This document shows positions 26,740 through 39,967 of a stretch of DNA of 64,000 nt, piece by piece. Both the position numbers and the translations under genes were made by a program. The notes beneath the pieces were generated by a model. That model searched no databases. It was given only the letters and a program-made list of their open reading frames with translations, and was not told the DNA's origin. This DNA comes from Octopus vulgaris (taxonomy: Eukaryota): assembly GCA_951406725.2 (NCBI GenBank), contig OX597826.1, forward strand, positions 5,580,001 through 5,644,000. The letters are read 5' to 3'. Positions within the stretch are counted from its first letter, which is position 1; each line of letters starts with the position of its first letter.

Positions 26740-26842
26740 AATCTATGTATCTATCTATCTATCTGTCTACTTATCTATCTATCAATCTATTTATCTATCT
26801 ATCTATCTATCTACTTACTTATCTATATATCTCTCTCCCTCC

Positions 26843-26930
<88 letters not shown>
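26528..26930. repeat. (CT)n and degenerate (TCTA)n tract
   Basis: Seen directly. Confidence 0.95.
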
Positions 26931-26931
<1 letters not shown>

Positions 26932-26978
26932 AGAAGTCCGACGATAACCTAGCTGGCCGAAACTTCGAAGTCACTATC
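26932..26978 (+). ncRNA. Minimal type I hammerhead ribozyme relic (U4C), palindromic stem III
   Basis: agaagu CCGACGA U aacc uagcu ggcc GAAAC UUCGAAG UC acuauc: intact GAAA, palindrome ACUUCGAAGU, GUC triplet. Same family as 4897-4945, and the downstream ctatcaac..ac.t.cttg is also shared. Confidence 0.6.
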
Positions 26979-27228
26979 AACAACATTCTTGTATAAGAAT
27001 AATAAATATGAACTCTACAAATGTATAGAATAACCATCAGATTAATGTAAAATTGTTTTTATTTTAACTGAACTTAAAAAGAATCATTAATTAATATATC
27101 TACCTGTCTGTATGACTCTCCTTCTATCCGTGTGTCTGTCCATGCGTATGTTTAAAAAACTATCTATCTGTCAACTATCAAACTATGTATCTACGCATAC
27201 GTTATCACTCATACAACCAGGTATGCAT

Positions 27229-27540
27229 TTAGAGCTTGGATATTACAGATCTACGCGTGCGTATAACTGAAGTGCCTACGATCCGTATTGCCACTGGATA
27301 TCGTGGAGAGCTTCTGCACGGTCTTGGGCAAGCTTTATTAGATCTATAAACTTTAGCTTGTGCAATCCCCGGTGAATCAACTATTCGATGCCTCGCCGAG
27401 TAGGAGGGCGGCGCAACCAGTATGGAATTCACGATCGCAAACCCACTGAGGGCCGTATGCAGGTGCATTAATATTGTGCACAGGCATTGCTGACATTTTC
27501 TGTGGCCAATGGTCACTAATCGTCTTTCTCGATCTAAACA
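27229..27540 (-). mobile_element. Degenerate RTE-like AP-endonuclease fragment
   Basis: Frameshifted minus-strand reading ERRLVT...CTI / INAPAYGP / GDC-AKVYRSNKACPR follows the order of ERLMTL...TIISAYAPT...GDFNARVGRD.EAW in RTE endonucleases. Confidence 0.45.
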
Positions 27541-27607
27541 GCCATTATATGCCTACACAGCCATTATATATATATATATATATACACAAACACACACATA
27601 TATAAAC

Positions 27608-27975
27608 TCGACTCCGTCAGTCACGAATGGCTGTGGGTGCACCTAAGAGGTTACCCCCCGGAGTACAAGTCAGAGCAGAAAGTTGCCTCATCGGTAAGCA
27701 CACAACCTAGGGTTGTTTTTATGAAAACGAGCAGTTGCCCCTGTATAGCAGCTTCCCTTTTCCGCGCCACCAATGTTGCCCAACGGAAAGGCAAGGGCAG
27801 ATACAGCTTGACACCAGTGAGATCGCAACTCATTTCCGCAGCTGAGTGAACTGGAGCAACGTGAAATAGAAATTGTCTTGTTCAAGAACGCAAATCTCAC
27901 AGCCCAGTACAGGAATCGAATTCAGAACATCACGGTCGTAAGTTCGCCGGTCTAACCACTGAGCCATACGTTCAC
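27608..27975 (-). mobile_element. tRNA-derived SINE, body-C-like core plus a different long tail (tail 3)
   Basis: Minus-strand head gtatggctcagtggttagacc...gaattcgattcctgtactggg, core cacgttgctccagttcactcagctg shared with 41970 and 60282, then an unrelated 3' region. Confidence 0.75.
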
Positions 27976-28010
27976 ACATACGTACATACATACATACAAA
28001 CATACATACA

Positions 28011-28041
<31 letters not shown>

Positions 28042-29134
28042 GAACATTGCTAAACAACACAAACGAACAAGAACACAATTATATGTGTATATAAAGATGG
28101 GTGTTCATCTGCATGTGAGTGTATGGACATGTTCATATGAGGGACTGTATGAGAGCTTTTGTTTGCGTACACAGCCACACATTCATGATTATATAGTTAC
28201 ATACATATCATCGACCATTTTATACGTAGAAATTGAATTATCTTAGCTTGGATTAAAAATTTTCTAGATTGAATAAAAAGTTGATTTGCAATATTTAATC
28301 AACACTGTATTATTATTTTCAGCTAAAAACACTAAGTGGCAACAGCCTTTATAATTAATCAATTTAAAATGCTTTCAGTGAATTTGATTTTAAATTCCAA
28401 AGCTATTTTTGTCTTTGTTTCGCTTATTGTATCCTTTATGAATTCACTAGATTTTTGCATATAATACAGCATATTATTCTCTTTACAATAAACAAATAAC
28501 AAACAATGAAGTACCAAAAAGTGTCCCTTATCCGGTTAAAAATAACGTTGACGTTTCCTTGAAACAGATTCCTGTGTCCTTAAAACATACATTTGTCATA
28601 CGTAGAATTTATTCTAGTTAAGCCTAAATATTTGGTATGGTCAACGTTGAAACGCATGTGATCTGATGCGCTTGTGGCAGAAGTATCTCATAGGAATATA
28701 ACGAGTTACGAGTGTAAAAGTGTCAGCGAATGGAAAATCTCTACGTTATAAAGTTCATTGAACTTTGACCATCGTTCGTCAAATCCTGGTTGCTTGAATT
28801 TGAAAGTGTGTATCTGAATATAAAATTAACATCGAGTATGTTATATATGATATTAGCACTAGAAAAAAAAAACTTGGAATAACTGAAATACGAAGGTCCT
28901 ACACAGTCTATACATAATTTAAACACACACACATGCACTCACAAATAAATAAAAAAAACACTTAATAGCATTTTTGGCAGAGATACAGAATTCAGTATTG
29001 ATGTGAGTTTAGTCTCAAGTCGATCGGTATTTGTTTACTTACTAAAAGTCAATACTAAACGACATTACAACTATTATAATTCTATATGAGATTATTTATA
29101 AGCGTATGTTTGGAGATATACGGGCCTGTGTGTG

Positions 29135-29167
<33 letters not shown>

Positions 29168-29614
29168 AATTTTCACGTGTAAATGATATCAGCTTATATA
29201 TTATAGAAAACACATGTGGTAAAATGGATTTTTCTTTTTATGTAAGGGAAAATCGCAAATTAGTTAGAATAGATCATGGAACGTGAGTAGACGTTCATTT
29301 CTTGTAAATTTGCAATATGCAGCGAAAAGTGATCTCTAGGGTTTACAGATGTAGTTTTCGGTATAAATTTACCTCATTCTTTAATGGATTGACGTTATTA
29401 CTTCTAAATGAGAGCCTGATACATGGCGCCAAATAGAGAACCTGGTTATATAAATTTGTCATTACTGAAGCAATTAGACAAATATATTCATTAATCATAC
29501 AAATGTTATACTTGTAAAACACAAGTACACAACACAATGCAATACTTCATATGATAAAAGATATATGAATATAACACCGTTTTGAAACACTCATATAAAC
29601 ACTTATGAATATGA

Positions 29615-29656
<42 letters not shown>

Positions 29657-29660
29657 ACAT

Positions 29661-29713
<53 letters not shown>

Positions 29714-29850
29714 CACACGCATGCATACATACATATGTTTATGGATATGCATGCGTACTTGAATATAAACATACTAGAAAACAAGAGATATACAGAGATC
29801 GATAGATGGATAGACGGAAAGATCTGCCTTTCTATCCCTCTACATCCGTT

Positions 29851-29911
<61 letters not shown>

Positions 29912-31069
29912 ATATAGATATATAGATATGCATCTTTGTACGTATGTGTATGTATCTTGGTTGGTATCATCATGTATAGACGTGTGCGCTTGTGATATTT
30001 AGATATAATTTCTGGAAACTGCCACATTGTTGCATTTTTGTATCATAATACAGATAATGCATTTCAATCGTTGTATCTAATGTATGTGAACATGCACACA
30101 TATTTTTGGGTGTTTATGTCCTTGCGCGCGCGTGTGTGTGAGTGCGTATGTAGATGAAGATAATGGATAACAATAGAATTGTCAGGTAAGCATTTTTAAG
30201 GACGTTAGGAAAGAATTTGTTTTTGTGACGTCTTTTCTCTGGTATTCTCTGAATATGAATATTGATTTCATGCACCGAACATTGTATGCTCTACCTCTGC
30301 TACAGCAATCTGCATTCTAATAACATACATATAAAAAGTGTACTGCCATTTGAAAAACCGAAATAATTATCAAAGCTACCACCAACATCAGAATTACAAC
30401 CAACAGAAATACGGAGAATAAAAAAACAATCGCCGACGTTTAAATAGATGTCAGATTCAATGAAATTGCATAATAACAATTACGTGGGAGAGGATAAGTT
30501 AATTGCATCGAACACCAGTGCTGAACGCGTGCTTATTTTATTAACACCAACAGGATGAATATCAAAGTCGATGAAAGACAATGGCGGACGAAATACAACT
30601 CAGAATTTTAACTGGAGTGTTAAAGATTCTGCTAGATTCACCTATTGTGTTATTTTTTAATAATAAAGCACATAACAGTCGATTGCAAAATCATACAACG
30701 TTTTTTGCAACAAAGTGGGACACATTAAATTTAGTGTACGTGCATAATACCTGACCAAATACATGGCTACTAAATATTCTTTCGTTGCTCCAAGCCATTT
30801 AGTATATCTCTAGGGATGAGATTATCAAATTTGCTCTAAGCTAGGAGTGCCTGTCATAAGTTAGGGGTCGATAGATACAGTATCAGTCAAGTACTGAAAG
30901 TCTTACTCGCTACTCTCCCTATTTCTTACACTTGGGATCGGATAAGTTGATGGTACTAAAAGAAAGAGCGCTCCTTTCGTGACATTACCAATACAATTCA
31001 AAAACCCCTATTAATGAAGGGTGCCTTATAAAGTTAATATTACAAAAAAAAAAACAAATGTTTTGAACA

Positions 31070-31251
31070 ACTGCCTAGAGGGAGAAGGGAATCAATAACA
31101 TCGACCCCCAGTACGCAACTGGTACGTATACTCTCGACCCGGAAGGATAAAAGGTAAAGTCGACCTCGGCTGAATTTGAACTGACAGTATAATGACATAT
31201 GAAATGCCGTTGAGCATTTTCCCCGCCGCGTTAGCGATTCTGCCGTCTCAC
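31070..31251 (-). mobile_element. SINE type E (left member of an inverted pair)
   Basis: catcgacccccagtacgcaactggtac...tcgacccggaaggataaaaggtaaagtcgacctcggctgaatttgaact...gttagcgattctgcc. Confidence 0.85.
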
Positions 31252-31269
31252 AACCATGCCTCAGATATA

Positions 31270-31480
31270 GCGGCGAGCTGGCAGAAAGGTTAGCACGCTG
31301 GGCGAAATGCTTAGCAGTATTTCGTCTGTCTTTTCGTTCTGAGTTCAAATTTCGCCGAGGTCGACTTTGCCTTTCATCCTTTCGGGGTCGATAAATTAAG
31401 TACCAGTTGCGTACTGAGGTTGATCTAATCGACTGGCCCCTCTCCCTCAAAATTTCGGACTTTGTGCCTAGAACAGAAAA
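31270..31480 (+). mobile_element. SINE type E (right member of an inverted pair)
   Basis: gcggcgagctggcagaaaggttagcacgctgggcgaaatgcttagc...ccgaggtcgactttgcctttcatcctttcggggtcgataaattaagtaccagttgcgtactg. Confidence 0.9.
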
Positions 31481-32492
31481 GAATATTCCTAAATTATTTC
31501 TTAGGTTTTGTTGTGTGGGGTGGATCGTTTACTTTTTGGCTGTTACCACTTACTTTTACATTAATTCTTTTGGATATTTCTAACCTTCCAAACACTCACC
31601 ACCTGCTTATGCTACTTTCACTACTTTCGCTACTAAATATATTGAGTGTGTAAAGCTAAGCATCTTCGCTAATATTTCAACACGAGAGCTAAAAAAAATG
31701 GAAGCGCAATATTTTTTTTTCCTCTGCTAGTAACGCACCGCCGGATATATTCAATGACTGGCTCTAAGAAACGCGTCTAAATAGTCGAAAACTTCCAATA
31801 TTTTCGTTAGTCTTGCTGAAAAGAAAGCACCGCTTGTCTCGTGAAGCGTGTAAAATACCAGCCAAATGGAGACAGCTACAACTCTTCAGGCGTAACCTTT
31901 GTGCCTGATGTTTCCCTCTTATCGACGTTCTCTCTCCTCTGCTCACTTTCACCCTGTCAACTCATCCTCCACTCTCCTTCCCTTTCTTTCTCTCTCTCTC
32001 TTTACATGTATAATTCTGGCCTTCTCCGTCTCTTTACTTCTCCTTTTCCTTTTTTATCTTACACCTACACAAACACGCATACATTCGTATACATATGCAC
32101 ATGCTTATATGTGTTTCTGTAACTGTATGTGTGAGACTGTATTTGTGTGAATTATACGCGCATGCGCATGAGCTCAAGAACATATAGGATTACATGAGAA
32201 CGTGAATTTTTTTTATTTTACGTATTACTAAAGGGAAAATATATTGTTTTTTGATAAATGAGCAATAATAAAATAATAAAGAAAGTAGTTTTTAATGATT
32301 TTTACCATTTTATTATTTTATTCTTCATGTTACTATTGACGGTGTATTGCTTTATATATAACTGCATTTCTTCCGCCAACACCCCTACACATTTTCTCTC
32401 TCTCTCTCTCACACGCACAAACACACACACACAAACACACATGCATACACACATATATATTTATATGCATACATACGTACACAAATGTATAG

Positions 32493-32555
<63 letters not shown>

Positions 32556-32562
32556 CCTATAA

Positions 32563-32613
<51 letters not shown>

Positions 32614-32630
32614 TTTTCATCTTTGTGTAT

Positions 32631-32850
32631 ATTCTTTAATTTGTTTCAGACACTTGACTGCGGCCATGCTGGAGCACCAAATTTAGTCGAACAAATCAGC
32701 CCCATGACTTATTCTTTGTAAGCCTAGTACTTATTATCTCGAAATGTTTTACCAAACTACTAGGTTACGGGTCCATAAACACACAAATATCGGTTGTCAA
32801 GCGATGGAGGGGGGAGGGCAAACCCAGACACACAAACATACACACACGCA

Positions 32851-32928
<78 letters not shown>

Positions 32929-33090
32929 GGACGGGTTTCTTTCAGTTTCTGTCTACCAAATCCACTCACAAGGCTTTGGTCAGCACGACCGTATAGAAGA
33001 CACTTGCCCAAGGTGCCATGCAGTGCGACTGAACCTAGAACCATGTGGTTGGTAAGCAAACTACTTACCACACAGCCGCTCCTGTGCCTA
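32631..33090 (-). mobile_element. SINE type A, full length, internal (CA)n microsatellite
   Basis: Tail ttgtttcagacacttgactgcggccatgctggagcacc, internal (CA)n at about 32840-32920, head ...cacttgcccaaggtgccatgcagtgcgactgaacctagaaccatgtggttggtaagc...ttaccacacagcc. Confidence 0.9.
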
Positions 33091-33279
33091 TGTGCATAAT
33101 GTATATATGGATTTATTTCATATTCCTTGTTTGTTTTCTATTTATTGATTTTGTATAGAAAATCTCTATAGAAATGTGTACAAACAAAAACAGAAACTTT
33201 GTTTTCACATATGTGTGAAATCAAGTATCTATGATTTAGTGTATGCTTGTATACCGCAACTTGTTTGTATTCTTTAAAA

Positions 33280-33628
33280 TGTTTCATACAGATTAAGCCT
33301 ATCTTTCTGGTCCCTTGCCTGTTGTTCTCTACCACCTTTGCTGAACACACTTTCAGGCCTCTTCCGTGGAATGATGGCACCTTAAGCAACATCCAGAACA
33401 GAAAGCATTCACGTTCACCGCTCGTTTTCCATCCCATTCCATACGCCTTTCTCTCAAGATATCCTGTCTACAACCGCATTTCTATTCCAGTAGCTTCCCT
33501 TCACTTTTAACATTTTCTAAGTGCTGTCATACCTCAAGCTACCTTGGACGGAGAAAGCTATCGGCCTTGAGAATTCCTTGCCACTACTCTTAAACAATGT
33601 GCCCCTACACAAGATCCTATAGAAATCA

Positions 33629-33681
<53 letters not shown>

Positions 33682-34900
33682 ACACATACACACACACTCT
33701 CTCTCTCCCTCTCTCACTCTCTCTCTGTCTATCTATCTATCTATCTATCTAAGCAAGTTTCTGTGATCCGTTCCAAACACCAGTGACTCATACAACCCAG
33801 CTCACTATCGCTCTGCTGCTATTATTTCTAGCATGTCTTAGTAAGAGATCCATTTACAACCTTGAACTTGTCAATCTCTCCTGACTACCAGAATGCATAC
33901 GGCTGCTCCAGAACGAGAATCACTTGAGGCATACTCTTTAATGTCACTCATTATTGGGAATTCACTTGATAGATGTTCGACAGAGGCAATGTTATAGAAG
34001 CAAGGGTCAGCAAATTCATTGCCTGCGTTTGCTATGCAAACCTCATACGAAAATTACTCGCCTACAAGCTCCAGCTACCTTTCATATCTACGTGGTGATT
34101 GACATATGTTGACGGGTCACTTTCTCTCCCATGTTTTCTTCAATGCTAGGTCTTATCATCATTCTATTCCTAATACACATGGTTCTCCTACTTGCCGCAT
34201 CACTCTAAAACGCAAAATCTAACCAAATGATACGAACCTTCATTTCTTCTTAATCTTCCCTAAATATGCATCATTAACACACAACCTACACACCCCGTAC
34301 CAAAACTGCATTAGTTACACGAACAGGGACCTTCACAACATCACCCCACCTATGGGTCATACCAACAATGTATCTTTTAATAATAAAGAAATCCGGCTCT
34401 CTCATGTCAACAAATCCCTGTTTTCTCACATCACATCTAAACATAGGCAGCATTCATCTAGTTGCTTTAAATGCTTGGTGAGCCTTAACAGTGACTGCAA
34501 ATACTGGGCCTCGCTATAATGGAGGTTCCCTCTTGGGGGACATAAACCCTTAGCATCGCTTAGACAGCATTGCTGTGACAAGCCAGAGTCTTGAGAACTA
34601 GAAGATAATTTAAGCACTATAGTTTGCTGACATTATATAAAGCACATGCAAAACATAGAACAGAATTCTGCGCCCACATTTGGGACGGTTCTAGAAGCAC
34701 GGACACTGAGATCATATAGTGTACGCAGGAAACGGTAGCTTATTCGATACACAGACACTTCAGCTACTGGAAAATAGATATGTTTTCTGCCTTGCTTGAA
34801 ATATAATGAACGCAGCTCCTGTTATCGCCACTACCGAGGCATTCCATTTCCCTTTGCTCACTCTGCCTCTCGAATCAACGGTGATAAAACTATGGCATGG
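33280..34900 (+). mobile_element. Degenerate CR1/L2-like LINE RT fragment interrupted by a CA/CT/TCTA microsatellite (33629-33750)
   Basis: SDSYNPAHYRSAAIISSMS near 33785 resembles the .NYRPISL.S..SK motif, and TLYKAHAKHRTEFCAHIWDG near 34630 resembles TLYKAQVRP.LEYCSHIW. Many stops. Confidence 0.6.
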
Positions 34901-35686
34901 TTCTACACATGCTTACGCTCATCACACACGAGGTCATGAATTAATGTGCGAGTTTGTGTGTGTGTATGTGTATCCTACACTTTCCGTAAAGTAATATATG
35001 TGTGTACATGAATGAATATGTATCTCTATGTGTGTGAGTTTGTGTCTGTAGAAATCTATTTTGACTCATTTACTTTTGGTTTTGTCGGCAACAAAACATC
35101 AGTAAATATCACGTTTTTCACAATCATATTTTGTCTGTTTATTCTTACAAGATTTCACATGCTTAATCTATTGCTACCTTTCAAAATACATTGTTGTGTC
35201 TCTCCTGTTACCTTCCTGTATTTATAGAGTGATTTCTAACTCCTTTTTTACCTTGTTGTCCATCAACATATAGTTGATTCAATCTGTCTATATTTCCCTC
35301 CTTCAGTTTTTGTATCTCACTTAAACACATATATTTCTTCTAAGATCATCCTTCATAACGTTGAGACAGAATGACAAGAGGTTTTCACGCTTTGCATTCA
35401 ATATTATTGAAGTTTGAGCGATAATTTTCTCACTTAACACCTAGGAATCCATGAAAATTCCAGGAATAGGCAAAGAAATATTCTTGCAGTTGGTTTCTTC
35501 AAGCGGTTTTCTATTCAGAGAAATTCTACGAGTCACCTGTTGTTTCATCATAGCCAAGCTGTATCAGAGTTCATACAATGAGAACTTTCATACACACAAA
35601 TAGACATATTCATCAGTGTGTTAGTATTGTGTCTATATAGGTCTTTACATACACCTCTATGTGTGTGCGTGTTTGTGTGTGAGTGC

Positions 35687-35718
<32 letters not shown>

Positions 35719-36164
35719 TACCATGCATTAATACGCTTATGAATACGAAGATATGCTTCTGAAAAATTTTCATGCATGTATTAATGTATTATACTCCAAG
35801 AAATGGCATCTGTCAAATTTGCTTGCAACTTAATTCGTAAAACGACACGTCATGAAATATGTAGAGCGCGTGTTGCTTGTCAGGGCTTTCTCATTCGCAG
35901 AGCCTTATTAGTATGCAATAGTAACCGTAGGAATATAGGTGCCTTAAGTAAAAGGTGACTTTCGAAAATAAAGCATTTTGCAAAAATAAATAAATAAATA
36001 AAATAAAATAAAATAAAATAAAATAGTGTTTCAAAATTTTATGCGCTATGTGTATTGACATGGACAAGCGTAACATGGGATTTTTAAATTGGTGTGACAT
36101 AAATAAACATGTCGAAGTTAAATGAATCTCTTAATTAGAATACTTCTAATTTGTGTTAGAGATA

Positions 36165-36345
36165 CTCTTTTACTTGTTTCAGTCATTTGGCTGCGGCCAT
36201 GCTGGAGCACCGCCATTAGTCGAGCAAATCGACCCCAGGACTTATTCTTTGTAAGCATAGTACTCATTCTATCGTTCTCTTTTGACATAAACACATCAGC
36301 ATCGGTTGTCAGGCGATGTTGGGGGGACAAACACAGACACACAAA
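36165..36345 (-). mobile_element. SINE type A, 3' half, followed by (CATA)n at 36355-36435
   Basis: cttttacttgtttcagtcatttggctgcggccatgctggagcaccgcc-attagtcgagcaaatcgaccccaggacttattctttgtaagc. Confidence 0.9.
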
Positions 36346-36404
36346 CATATACACAACACATATATACATACATACATACATACATACATACATACATACA
36401 TACA

Positions 36405-36438
<34 letters not shown>

Positions 36439-36949
36439 AAAGAATTAGGGTCGGTGCAACGTTGTCAAATGTGTAGATAACGTAGAGGACAGGATGAAAT
36501 ATCGAGCCAAAGGAGATATCTTTTATTTTCCTTTAAGGAGGAGCGACCGTACTTTTCGTATTGTTTACAAAGAATGTACAGCTGGCTGGACGAAGGTAGA
36601 AAGATACTCTCAAACCAGAGACCAGATCGAATGCCAGCAACAGAGTGGCCTGCGCTCCTGTACACCTACTGACTCAGGCGGTGTTGATAAACCTGTCACC
36701 CGAGAACTTGGTTGCATATTAACCCAGAGAGGAAAACAACAGAAAAAGTATATAATGTCTGATTTTCTTAGGGTTTAAATAATCTACTACCCTGCCATGT
36801 TCTTTTTGACGCAAATATGTGAAAGTCAATACTCTCTTCGACAGGATTTGAACGCAGGAATCCAAGATTCGGAGAAATACTACAGGACATTCAATTTGAC
36901 CCTATAACGAGGTCACCAATTCATTATCTTCCTTGATATTTGTTAAACG

Positions 36950-37900
36950 GAATCTAACCTCCTCACCCCATCAAAAGAGACTAGGTTTTGACACAAAAAG
37001 CGCGACCAGCATGGACTCACTGAAATTACAAATAGAAAACTATTTCAAGTATACATTAGCCCGTCCCATCATTGGTATTGCCTAGCATCCATACAAAATA
37101 ATGCTGCACACGAGCACTCGGCAGGGGTGAAACACTGTGGCGAATCTTACTTTAATTATGACATCGAGAGGAAGAAAAAAATACATGAAATGATCTCAGC
37201 TTCCAAGAACTCGTTAATGCTTATGATGCGAATTCGGTGGCTAAAATATTTTCATTACCTAAGCTGATTTTGACCACAGGCTTTCAATGGGTCATAAGGT
37301 ACCTTCGTACTTGCTATTGGATATTGCAAACGCACCAACAAAATGAGGAGCATTGCTGGTGAAATCTTGTCTAAGCGTGTCATATGCTCCGCGATCTTTT
37401 CAATCACAGAATTGAAAAGCGCGGTTCGTGGCACACAAATATTGCGTATATGAAGTCAGACACCGTTGCACAACATCGAACTAATCCCATGTAAAACAAC
37501 GCGGAATTGGGCAGATTTACTACTTGAGTGACTGCTTTTTACAACTTTGTGATTCTGTAACACTTTGTCAGCTATGACATACCACAATACTTGTGTTTTA
37601 TCCTATTTCCAACGAAAGGATGAAATAATATGTTACCCTGTAGTGTCACTCGCCAATGTAATATCCCTTTCGAAACTTTCGATAAGTTCCACTACTATCT
37701 GAGACGCAATTCACCAGATGATGTTTTCATCTCTCTCTCTCATCTTTACTTCTAGTGGTTTTCCGTCCAATGGACGTCACCGTCGTATGTGGTGACTGTG
37801 ATCAAATTATTGTACGCTTGAAGAAAGCTTCTCAGTATCGACACACAACTTCGTGTCCATATTCATATTTCTGTACAATAAGAATATATTTCATATCAAG
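36950..37900 (-). mobile_element. Possible ancient RTE-like AP-endonuclease relic
   Basis: Minus-strand reading IRNICVPRT...LLILLVRLQ...GNENILATEF follows the order of AYAPT...LILLGDFNA...NENG..LLEF. Very degenerate. Confidence 0.3.
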
Positions 37901-39170
37901 TCCAAAAACGGCTGACCCTCCTGCACAGATCATACCAAACTTAGTTTATATATGAAATTGTTGCACATCTTGTAAACTCAATATGTTAATAATGTTTGTT
38001 TTTTTTAAATTTTACTAAAGATAGAGAGAGAATAACTTTTTATTACTGAAAAATAAATACCAGTGAATTTAAATATAATGTTTGAAAATACGGAGACAAA
38101 TTGACAATTTTCAGACTTATTCATTCTCAGTGAAGTCTAAATTTCCAATTTTGAGGGAAGCGTTGATTAACCTTAAGTACTTTGATATAAATGATATAAT
38201 TATAGTTTAATATGTAATCTAACGTAATACTATATATATATATATATCAATATATGCATATGCATATGCATATATATATATATATATATACATACATGTA
38301 TATATGTATATACATTGATACACACGCACGCACATATATATGAATATGTAGATGTGTATATATGTACATATATATGTGTGTGTATGTGTATGTGCGTGTG
38401 AGTTTATATATGTGTGTGGAAAATTTAAAGTACTTTAAGATCAATACAGTTCCATGCAACTCACGATATATTTTGAAGTAGAAAAAAAAATTAATTTAAA
38501 ATAGATTTAATACAAGCAATTTCCATTTGTCTTATTTTAAGTATTTTAATATTTTTTTTTTTGATAAATATATATATATATTTTTTTTTTCGAGAAATGT
38601 TTATATACTTCTTTCATTCTTTGTTGGTTACATTAAAAAATATGAAAGCCAATATTTTGTTCAGCATATTATGATCAGCAGCTATTCATGAGAATAAGAA
38701 AAAAAGAATTATATCAGTTAATTTGTATGCGTCTTAATTAGATTCTAACACTTGTATTTTAAAACATCGCATGCAAACGTTCATGAGAGTTTTCTGATTT
38801 TTATTAGATTTTTCAACTGTGAGAATTTATCATTATCGACTGGAATTCCTCCTCGTCATTAAAAATGGCAATCTTATCGCACTTGCGAACAAAGCCACTA
38901 CATTAAAGTTAATTATAAAATAGAGGTAATCATGGACTTTTCTCTATGTTAGGAATGAAAGATTTTCTCTAGATTTCGCGCTGCATGTCGCTGAATGGAA
39001 ATGAAGGTGATGTGAAGGTGAAAATCATTCGAAATTGGGAATCAAGTGGAAAGGAAAAGAAAAATTACACATCATAAATATCATTTTCTCTCTTCAAGTA
39101 TTACAATTTCCACTTGCAATCCATATAGTCGAAGGCATCTACAATATATTATGTTATATTCTCTCACACT

Positions 39171-39240
<70 letters not shown>

Positions 39241-39469
39241 TATATATATATGTATATACATATATCACACATACATACGTATTTATATATAGATGTATAT
39301 GCATATATGTGTATATATCTGTCTCAATCTATTGATCTATTTATGTATCGATCTCTGTTCCCCCTATATACAGTGAGAAAGAGAGAGGGTGGAGGGAGAT
39401 AGAGAATGAAGTAGAGGGAAAGAGAGATATATAGATAGATAGATAATTGAACATATATTGACAGTATTT

Positions 39470-39765
39470 AGAGGCACATGACCTAGTGATTAGAGCACTG
39501 GACTCACAGTCGAGGGATAGCGGGTTCAAATCTCAGACCGGGCGATGTGTGTGTTTATGAGTGAAACACCTAAGCTCCACGCGGCTCCGGCAGAAGGTAA
39601 TGGCGAATTTCTGCTGACTCTTTCGCCACAACTTTCTCTCACTCTTTATTCCTGCATCTAGCAGCTCACCTGCGATGGACCGGCGTTCCGTCCAAGTGGG
39701 AAACCAATACGACAAAGAAACTGGGAAACCGGCCCTTATGAGCCAGGCATGGCTCGAGAAGGAAT
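39470..39765 (+). mobile_element. tRNA-derived SINE, body B plus tail 2
   Basis: gaggcacatgacctagtgattagagc...GGGTTCAAATCT...aacacctaagctccacgcggctccggcag...ggcccttatgagccaggcatggctcgagaagga. Confidence 0.9.
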
Positions 39766-39892
39766 TTTAAAAAATATTGACAGTATGGTTTACCTGAGAG
39801 TTTCAAACAACGTCTGTATGTACGATTGATCATACAGTTACGAGAAATGAGTCATTGCGTCAAACAAATACTGATTTTAAACATGCATCGGG

Positions 39893-39967
<75 letters not shown>

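Noticed and set aside
28706-28813. Minus-strand acceptor (tatattcAG) followed by IHTFKFKQPGFDERWSKFNELYNVEIFHSLTLLHS*
   Set aside because: Only 35 codons, no strong donor and no recognised homology; expected by chance in 64 kb.
31720-31952. CpG-containing stretch with acceptor-like sites on both strands
   Set aside because: All frames after either acceptor stop within about 20 codons; could be UTR or regulatory but is unsupported.
35492-35506. GFFKR (integrin-alpha cytoplasmic motif) just after a ttcttgcAG
   Set aside because: The following residues are not an integrin-like charged tail and no transmembrane or other integrin exon is visible; a 5-residue match is compatible with chance.
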